From: Chelatococcus sp. YT9
GTDB lineage: Bacteria > Pseudomonadota > Alphaproteobacteria > Rhizobiales > Beijerinckiaceae
DNA: 24,000 nt
Assembly: GCF_018398315.1 (NCBI RefSeq)
Contig: NZ_JAHBRW010000002.1
Coordinates: forward strand, 22,637 to 46,636
Direction: 5' to 3'
A program made the position numbers and the translations under genes. How positions within the stretch are numbered: position 1 is the stretch's first letter; each line of letters opens with the position of its first letter. The notes beneath the pieces are model-generated. The model was given only the letters and a program-made list of their open reading frames with translations, was not told where the DNA came from and made no database searches. Below are positions 18,394 through 24,000 of this stretch, piece by piece.

Positions 18394-18840
18394 GTGCTGA
18401 CCAAGAAAGGCAAGTATGGCCTGAAGGCGATCGTATTTCTTGCCAGCCTGAAGCCTGGTCAATCTGTCCAGGTCGCCGAGATCGCCGAAGCCAACAACAT
18501 TCCGAAGAAGTTTCTGGATGCGATCCTCGGCGAACTCCGCAACGCCCGTTTTCTCAACAGTCGAAAAGGCAAAGGCGGCGGCTATATGCTGGCCCGACCG
18601 GCCGAGGAGATCATCATAGGCGATGTCGTTCGCGTTTTAGACGGTCCACTCGCGCCGATCCAATGCGCCAGTCGCACCGCCTATCGGCGATGCGATGACT
18701 GCGATGAGACCCGCTGTGAAATACGCCTGATGATGCTGGAGGTCCGCGAAGCCATCGCGAACGTGTTGGACAATCGCACCCTCGCTGACATGCGCGAATT
18801 GACGGATGATGCGATGGCGTCCTTCATCTATCACATTTGA
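18394..18840 (+). CDS. Rrf2 family transcriptional regulator
   Basis: MLTKKGKYGLKAIVFLASLKPGQSVQVAEIAEANNIPKKFLDAILGELRNARFLNSRKGKGGGYMLARPAEEI. GTG start with AGGAGG SD. Confidence 0.93.
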   Translation: MLTKKGKYGLKAIVFLASLKPGQSVQVAEIAEANNIPKKFLDAILGELRNARFLNSRKGKGGGYMLARPAEEIIIGDVVRVLDGPLAPIQCASRTAYRRCDDCDETRCEIRLMMLEVREAIANVLDNRTLADMRELTDDAMASFIYHI

Positions 18841-18841
18841 G

Positions 18842-18868
18842 GCTCCGCCGGAGCTCCCCGCGCCGGGG
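18842..18868. terminator. Two tandem GC hairpins at the convergent Rrf2 / 3HCDH-like junction (GCTCC-GCC-GGAGC and CCCCG-CGC-CGGGG)
   Basis: Inverted repeats read in ggctccgccggagctccccgcgccgggg between convergent stop codons (18840 and 18877). Confidence 0.45.
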
Positions 18869-18876
18869 GAAGCGCT

Positions 18877-19866
18877 CTATTCACCGAGAACCGGCGGGCG
18901 CTTCAGCCCATACTGGTCGAGCATGGCCGCGAAGGCTTTCAGCCTGTTACGACGATAGGCATCGAGATCAAGATTGTCGTAGTCCAGGAAACCCTTGCCG
19001 GTCTTGAGCCCGATGCGGCCTTCGCGCATGTTGCGCTCGACGATGGCCGGTGGCGCATGGCGCGGATCATCGAGCGCTTTCGCCAAGTAATGGCTGGCAT
19101 AGTAAAGAATATCGCCGCCGCCCCAGTCGATGAATTCAAGCAATCCAAGTACCGCGAAGCGGAAGCCGAAGCCGTATTTGATGGCCTTGTCGAGTTCTTC
19201 CGCTGTGGCCACCCCTTCTTCGACCATGCGCGCGGCCTCATTCATGGCGAGCGCCTGAATACGCGGCACGATATAACCCGGGCTTGGCGCGCAGGTCACA
19301 GGTACCTTGCCGACTGCCTCCAGCAATGCCCTGAGCCGCGCTGTCACCCCCGGATCCGTCGCCTTGCCGGGCGACAGTTCGACGAGCGGCACGAGATAAG
19401 CGGGATTGAGCCAATGGGCATTAAGGAAGCGCTCTGGATGCTCCACCGCGCCGGAGAGATCATCGACCAGGATGGTTGATGTGGTCGAGGCTATGATGGG
19501 TTCCGGGCCGGCCAGCCGCGAGGCCCTGGCGAGTGCCTCGCGCTTGAGATCGAGCACCTCCGGCACGCCCTCGAAGATGACCGTGGCGGAAGACAAGGCC
19601 GTTTCCGCCTCAGCATCCGGCACGACCGAAACCCTTGCCGCGATCCGCTCGACGGCGGCGCTGTCGAACATCCCGAGTTCCGCCAGCATGCCGAGCGTGC
19701 CGCGCACCTCGCCTAGCGCCTCAGTGGCCAGGCGCGCGAAATCGTCCGCCGGGCGGGGCTTGAGATCGACGATGGCGACGGCATGGCCGGCATAGGCGAA
19801 GACCGCGGCGATGCCGCGCCCCATGCGGCCCGCCCCGAGGCAGGCGATACGTTCCCGCCCGCTCAT
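18877..19866 (-). CDS. 3-hydroxyacyl-CoA dehydrogenase-like protein (3HCDH NAD-binding and C-terminal domains)
   Basis: IACLGAGRMGRGIAAVFAYAGHAVAIVDLKP, FEGVPEVLDLK, HWLNPAYLVPLVELSPG, PGYIVPRIQALAMNEAARMVEEGVATAEELDKAIKYGFGFRFAVLGLLEFID. Confidence 0.9.
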   Translation of the reverse strand: MSGRERIACLGAGRMGRGIAAVFAYAGHAVAIVDLKPRPADDFARLATEALGEVRGTLGMLAELGMFDSAAVERIAARVSVVPDAEAETALSSATVIFEGVPEVLDLKREALARASRLAGPEPIIASTTSTILVDDLSGAVEHPERFLNAHWLNPAYLVPLVELSPGKATDPGVTARLRALLEAVGKVPVTCAPSPGYIVPRIQALAMNEAARMVEEGVATAEELDKAIKYGFGFRFAVLGLLEFIDWGGGDILYYASHYLAKALDDPRHAPPAIVERNMREGRIGLKTGKGFLDYDNLDLDAYRRNRLKAFAAMLDQYGLKRPPVLGE

Positions 19867-20954
19867 TGGAAGCCGTCCCGCAAAAGGGCCTGCAACGACG
19901 CGCGGTCATAATCGCCGAAACCCACGCTGCGCAATGTGCGGCCGGTCTCCATGAAATCCTCGCCGCAGACCGCCCCGCCGATCGCCGCGAAAGCCTGCAT
20001 CAGGGGCGTCGCGACGCCGGCGAGCGCCGCGACCGAGCGAAAGAAGGACAGGCCGATGCGCGTATCCTCGACCATGTAGCGATGTTCCGTGAGGATGATG
20101 TTTTCGCGCCAATCGCCGGAATCGGTGAGCCGGTCATGGGAGCCGCGCCCGTACATCCATTCCTCGCCCTCGCGGGCGTAGTGATGGGCGAGCGGGAAAT
20201 GCGGCCCGCCGTAGCCCAGGGCCTCGCGGATGGCGATGCGCTCCGCATCGAGCGCATCGGTGACGCGGCGGATTGCCGGCTGCGTGCCTTCCTTATGAAT
20301 ATCCCAGCTTGGAAAATGCTCCAGCGGCCCCGCGTTCATGGTGATGAGCGGCGGGTGGATGATCGGTCCTGCATTCATCAGCGCGCCGGAGAGGGCATCG
20401 CCGCAGTCCTCGATCACGCCGGGGAACGCCTGCCCAATGACGTGGAGGGCATGAGCTTTCCGCGTCAATGGGAAGACGCCTGTCGGCAGCCGCTTCGCGC
20501 GCACCGTGATCGCCACCTCGAAGGGGCCGTGCTTGCGCGTCAGCCACGGCAGCGTGCCGGTCTCGGCGAAGGCCACATCGGCCCGATTGCCGGCATCATG
20601 GGCGGCCTTGGCGAAGATCATCGAGCCGAACGTGCCGGGCGGCAGGAACACGACCTGGCCCTCGGCGAGATGCGGCGCAAGCCGGCGGGCGATATCGGGC
20701 TGGGCGGTCGCGGGCGCCGGGCAGACGATGAGCTCGGCCCCTTCAACGGCCGCCGCGATATCATCCGTGACGAGGCCGATCGGCGCTTCGTGGCGACCTG
20801 CGAAATCCTTGATGGCGATGACGCGGCCGGCCGCGTTATGCGCCTTCACGGCCTCTCCGTCGCGCCGCCAAAGCCGGACATCATGGCCCGCGAGCGCGAA
20901 ATCCCCGGCTGCCGCGAACGAGCCGTTGCCTCCGCCAAGAACGGCAATCTTCAT
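19863..20954 (-). CDS. NAD/NADP octopine/nopaline dehydrogenase family protein
   Basis: MKIAVLGGGNGSFAAAGDFALAGHDVRLWRR; C-terminal domain GALMNAGPIIHPPLITMNAGPLEH, TEHRYMVEDTRIGLSFFRSVA. Confidence 0.88.
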   Translation of the reverse strand: MKIAVLGGGNGSFAAAGDFALAGHDVRLWRRDGEAVKAHNAAGRVIAIKDFAGRHEAPIGLVTDDIAAAVEGAELIVCPAPATAQPDIARRLAPHLAEGQVVFLPPGTFGSMIFAKAAHDAGNRADVAFAETGTLPWLTRKHGPFEVAITVRAKRLPTGVFPLTRKAHALHVIGQAFPGVIEDCGDALSGALMNAGPIIHPPLITMNAGPLEHFPSWDIHKEGTQPAIRRVTDALDAERIAIREALGYGGPHFPLAHHYAREGEEWMYGRGSHDRLTDSGDWRENIILTEHRYMVEDTRIGLSFFRSVAALAGVATPLMQAFAAIGGAVCGEDFMETGRTLRSVGFGDYDRASLQALLRDGFQ

Positions 20955-20967
20955 CAGGGATCTCCCA

Positions 20968-22473
20968 TCACGCTAATTGTTGTTTGAGAACGAAATGCTG
21001 AACCTTGCCCATGGCATTGCGCGGTAGGCTCTCGACGAAGACGACCTCGCGCGGCACCTTGAAGCGGGCCAGATTATCGCGGGCATGGGCGATGAGCGCA
21101 TCGGCTTCGACAGCGCAGTCGCGGCGGATGACTACATAGGCGACAGGCACTTCCTGCCACCTCGGGTCGGGCCGGCCGATCACCGCGACTTCCGCGACTG
21201 CCGCATGTTCACCGAGAACGCGCTCCAATTCGGCCGGATAGATGTTCTCGCCACCCGAAATGATGACGTTCTTCTTGCGGTCATGGATGTGGAAATAGCC
21301 GTCCGCATCGCGCGTGCCGATGTCGCCGGTGTAATACCAGCCATTCTTCAGGGCCTCAGCCGTGGCGGCCTCGTTCCCCCAGTACTCGAAGAAGACGCTC
21401 GGTCCGCGCACGACGACCTCGCCGGCGGTGCCGTAGGGCACCTCCTCTCCTCTCTCGTTGACGATGCGCGCCTCGCAATGGAGGCCCGGCAGGCCGGTTG
21501 AGGTGCCCCGCGCCTCGCCGCCGAGACGCGTGTAGACGGCGATCGGGCAGGTCTCGGTGGAACCATAGACCTGCAGCACAGGGATGCCGCGCGCGGCGAC
21601 CGCGTCGATCAGGGGCTGAGGCACATTGACGGAGCCTGTGGACAGCGCCCGCAGGCTGGAAAGATCCGTCGTCCCCCAATCGGGATGTTCGACGACTGCC
21701 TGGATGGTGGTGGGTACGAGCACCGTATGGGTCGGCCGGTCCGTAGCGATCGCCGCGAGCGTCGCGTCCGGGGCGAACCGCCGGTGGACAGTGACGGTCG
21801 CGCCCAGCTGCAGCGCCGGTGTCGTCTGGATGTTCAAGCCGCCCACGTGGAAGAACGGCAGGACAGTCAGAATATGGTCGTCGCTCGTCAGACCATGCAT
21901 GTGCTGGCTCATGGCGGCGTTCCAGACCAGAGCCTCCTGCCGCAGCACCGCGCCCTTGGGCCGCCCTGTCGTACCCGACGTGTAGACGATCAGCAGCGGA
22001 CAGGAAAAATCGATATGGGGACTGCGCCCGTCGCCCATGCCCACTGCCAGGAGATCATCGAAGGAGATCGCATCCGGTGGGGCGAATTCCAGGCCGACGA
22101 CGCGCGTCTCCGGCGCGGCCTCGGCCAGCGGCGCGACCACGGCGGCATAGCTCTCCTCGACAAACAGCGCCTTCACCGAGGCATCGGTGAGGATGAAGAG
22201 CTGCTCCGGCAGGGCGAGCCGCCAGTTGATCGGCACCAGCATGGCGCCGAGCCGCGCGCAGGCGTAGAGCAGCACGAGATAGTCGGGATGGTTGGCGGCG
22301 AGGATCGCCACCCGGTCGCCGCGCCCCACACCGAGATGCGACTTCAGGGCGCGCGCCGTCGCGGCGATGCGCTGCGACAGATCACGATAGGTGAACGTCG
22401 CGCCCTCGAAGCGGATCGCCGCCTTATCCGGCGTGAAGGCCGCGTTGCGGTCGATGAGATCGGACAGATCCAT
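20968..22473 (-). CDS. AMP-dependent acyl-CoA synthetase/ligase (class I adenylate-forming enzyme)
   Basis: YTSGTTGRPKGAVLRQ, QVYGSTETCPI, GWYYTGDIGTRDADGYFHIHDRKKNVIISGGENIYPAELE, PRNAMGKVQ. Confidence 0.94.
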   Translation of the reverse strand: MDLSDLIDRNAAFTPDKAAIRFEGATFTYRDLSQRIAATARALKSHLGVGRGDRVAILAANHPDYLVLLYACARLGAMLVPINWRLALPEQLFILTDASVKALFVEESYAAVVAPLAEAAPETRVVGLEFAPPDAISFDDLLAVGMGDGRSPHIDFSCPLLIVYTSGTTGRPKGAVLRQEALVWNAAMSQHMHGLTSDDHILTVLPFFHVGGLNIQTTPALQLGATVTVHRRFAPDATLAAIATDRPTHTVLVPTTIQAVVEHPDWGTTDLSSLRALSTGSVNVPQPLIDAVAARGIPVLQVYGSTETCPIAVYTRLGGEARGTSTGLPGLHCEARIVNERGEEVPYGTAGEVVVRGPSVFFEYWGNEAATAEALKNGWYYTGDIGTRDADGYFHIHDRKKNVIISGGENIYPAELERVLGEHAAVAEVAVIGRPDPRWQEVPVAYVVIRRDCAVEADALIAHARDNLARFKVPREVVFVESLPRNAMGKVQHFVLKQQLA

Positions 22474-22481
22474 ACGCGTTC

Positions 22482-23759
22482 TCAGTCGTCCTTTTCGCCG
22501 GGCTCGTAGAGCGCCTCGCGACCGATGCGATCGACGCAGATTTCGGCGGTCCAGGGCAGCATCAGCGCGCCGCAGCGGCTGTCGCGGTAGATCCGCTCCA
22601 GGGGCAGACTCTTCAGCATGGCCTGCCCACCGCAGGTGCGGATCGCCTTCACGGCGATCGCATTGGCGTTCTCCATCACGCTGTGCTGAGCCGCGTAGGC
22701 ACGCAGAACCTGCTCGCGGCTCGGATTGGCGCGCGCCTCGGTAATGGCCTGGAACCAGAGCGTCTTGGTCTGCTCCAGCATGATGCGCATCTCGGCCACG
22801 GCGATCTGCTTGGTCGGGAACATGCGCCGCTTCACCGGCGGCATGCCGGGCAGTTCGCCGCGCAGATAGGCCACCGTGAAATCATAGGCCGCCTGCGCCA
22901 GCCCCATATAGGTCGGCGACAGCGTCAGGAACATATGTGGCCAGCGGGTCGCCGCCTGGAAATAGACCCCATGCGGCATGAGCATCGCGTCCTCAGGCAC
23001 GAAGACGTCCTTGAAGAGGAGCGTGCGCGAGACGGTGCCCCGCATGCCGAGCGGGTCCCAATCGCCGACCACGGAGACGCCTTCGGCATTGGCCGGCAGG
23101 GCAAGGTAAAGCGTGTTGCGCCGGCTCGCCGCCTCGCCTTCGGCGCGCTCCGTGCACAGCACGCCATAGTAGTCGGCGGCGCCGGAGAGGGACGCGAAGA
23201 TCTTCTTGCCGTTGACGATGAAGCCACCCTCAACCGGCTTTGCCTCCGTGCCGAAGGCTATGGCGCCGGCCGCCGCCGCGCCGCCTTCGGAGAAGGGCTG
23301 GGCGTAGACAGCGCCCTCATTCACGATGCGCTGATAATGCACGCTGCGGCGCGCCCGATGGGCGGCGCGATCCGCGGGCGTCATCTCGAGTTCGTCGGCC
23401 AGGGGGCCGGACCACAGCGTCGAGCAGACATGCATGTTCCAGGAGAGCGCCGTCGCCCCGCAGTAGCGGCCGAGTTCGGCGGCGGCGAGGCAATAGGTCT
23501 GGAAGTCCGCACCGAGCCCGCCTTCATCCTTCGGGATGCAGAGCCTGAGCAGGCCCTCGCCGTGCATGTCCCGGAAATTCTCGATGGGGAAAGTAGCTTC
23601 CCGGTCGTGGATGGCGGCGCGCGGCGCCACCACTTTCCTCCCGAAGGCGCGGACCTTGGCAGTCAGTTCGGCCTGCTCATCGCTGAGCCGAAAGGCCTCG
23701 GGCGCGAACAGCGGCGCATCGACAGGCGCGCTGTCGAGATCGGTAGGTTGGGCGCTCAT
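22482..23759 (-). CDS. Acyl-CoA dehydrogenase-fold flavoprotein (atypical active site, see findings)
   Basis: FRLSDEQAELTAKVRAFGRKVVAPRAAIHDREATFP, IPKDEGGLGADFQTYCLAAAELGRYCG, GGQAMLKSLPLERIYRDSRCG. Internal ATG at 23759 (MSAQPTD) preferred over the ORF-track start at 23861. Confidence 0.88.
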   Translation of the reverse strand: MSAQPTDLDSAPVDAPLFAPEAFRLSDEQAELTAKVRAFGRKVVAPRAAIHDREATFPIENFRDMHGEGLLRLCIPKDEGGLGADFQTYCLAAAELGRYCGATALSWNMHVCSTLWSGPLADELEMTPADRAAHRARRSVHYQRIVNEGAVYAQPFSEGGAAAAGAIAFGTEAKPVEGGFIVNGKKIFASLSGAADYYGVLCTERAEGEAASRRNTLYLALPANAEGVSVVGDWDPLGMRGTVSRTLLFKDVFVPEDAMLMPHGVYFQAATRWPHMFLTLSPTYMGLAQAAYDFTVAYLRGELPGMPPVKRRMFPTKQIAVAEMRIMLEQTKTLWFQAITEARANPSREQVLRAYAAQHSVMENANAIAVKAIRTCGGQAMLKSLPLERIYRDSRCGALMLPWTAEICVDRIGREALYEPGEKDD

Positions 23760-23772
23760 TGGATCGTTCCCC

Positions 23773-24000
23773 TCATGCGCTCGGGTCGAGTTCTGCCAGA
23801 AAATCGAGAATGGCGGCGTTGAAGCTGACGGGCGCCTCGCAGTTCGGCAGATGGCCGACATCGGGCAGCAGCCGATAGCGCGCGCCGGGAATGCGTGACG
23901 CCATGCGCTCCATCATCGGCGCGGGTGCGTTGCGGTCATGCGCGCCGGCAAGGCACAGCACCGGCACACGGATGGCGCCGAGGCTGGCGCGCTCGTCGAA
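23773..24000 (-). CDS. Alpha/beta hydrolase, C-terminal part; gene continues beyond the right edge
   Basis: ...SLGAIRVPVLCLAGAHDRNAPAPMMERMASRIPGARYRLLPDVGHLPNCEAPVSFNAAILDFLAEL is the Asp/His end of the alpha/beta hydrolase fold (GAHD, GHLPNCEAP). Confidence 0.88.
   Translation of the reverse strand, partial: FDERASLGAIRVPVLCLAGAHDRNAPAPMMERMASRIPGARYRLLPDVGHLPNCEAPVSFNAAILDFLAELDPSA

Noticed and set aside
18877-22473. Reading the cluster as ordinary fatty acid beta-oxidation
   Set aside because: No thiolase or enoyl-CoA hydratase visible in the window, and an opine-dehydrogenase-family protein is inserted, so the simple annotation does not explain the set.
21685-22509. Large plus-strand ORFs opposite the acyl-CoA ligase and opine-DH-like genes (also 19866..20987)
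   Set aside because: Same antisense GC artefact; no promoter or RBS and no domain.
22683-23822. 379 aa plus-strand ORF opposite the ACAD-like gene
   Set aside because: Low-complexity Arg/His/Gly composition and no recognisable domain; antisense shadow of a well-supported gene.
1-24000. CRISPR arrays, tRNA/rRNA genes, transposases, phage or defence genes
   Set aside because: Looked for regularly spaced repeats, tRNA-like cloverleaf sequence and family motifs by eye; none found. A formal scan (tRNAscan-SE, CRISPRCasFinder, PADLOC) would be needed to exclude them.

Overview
This 24 kb window is GC-rich and gene-dense, and looks alphaproteobacterial (Hyphomicrobiales-like, an inference from the bioBFDAZ arrangement and coding style). 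I read five blocks. (1) Minus strand, 3..4873: SDR oxidoreductase, then HyuA- and HyuB-type hydantoinase/oxoprolinase subunits, then an opine-oxidase-type [2Fe-2S] protein cut by the left edge. A divergent IclR regulator follows at 4986..5747. (2) A tightly overlapped biotin operon bioB-bioF-bioD-bioA-bioZ (6312..11317) with candidate BioR boxes upstream. (3) An SsuABC/TauABC/NMT1-like ABC importer with two different permease genes (11780..15223), convergent with a MarR regulator. The MarR gene is divergent from a NicX-like (2,5-dihydroxypyridine 5,6-dioxygenase family) gene. (4) A serine O-acetyltransferase (cysE/epsC) and an Rrf2-family regulator. (5) A minus-strand catabolic-looking cluster entering from the right edge: alpha/beta hydrolase (partial), an acyl-CoA-dehydrogenase-fold flavoprotein, AMP-dependent acyl-CoA ligase, octopine/nopaline-dehydrogenase-family protein and a 3-hydroxyacyl-CoA-dehydrogenase-like protein. 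I see no CRISPR, tRNA, rRNA, mobile element or defence system. The strongest leads for something undescribed are the right-hand cluster, the ACAD-like protein that appears to lack both canonical catalytic glutamates, and non-coding motifs: BioR boxes, an IclR-promoter palindrome, and a 10-mer shared by the ABC and cysE upstream regions.
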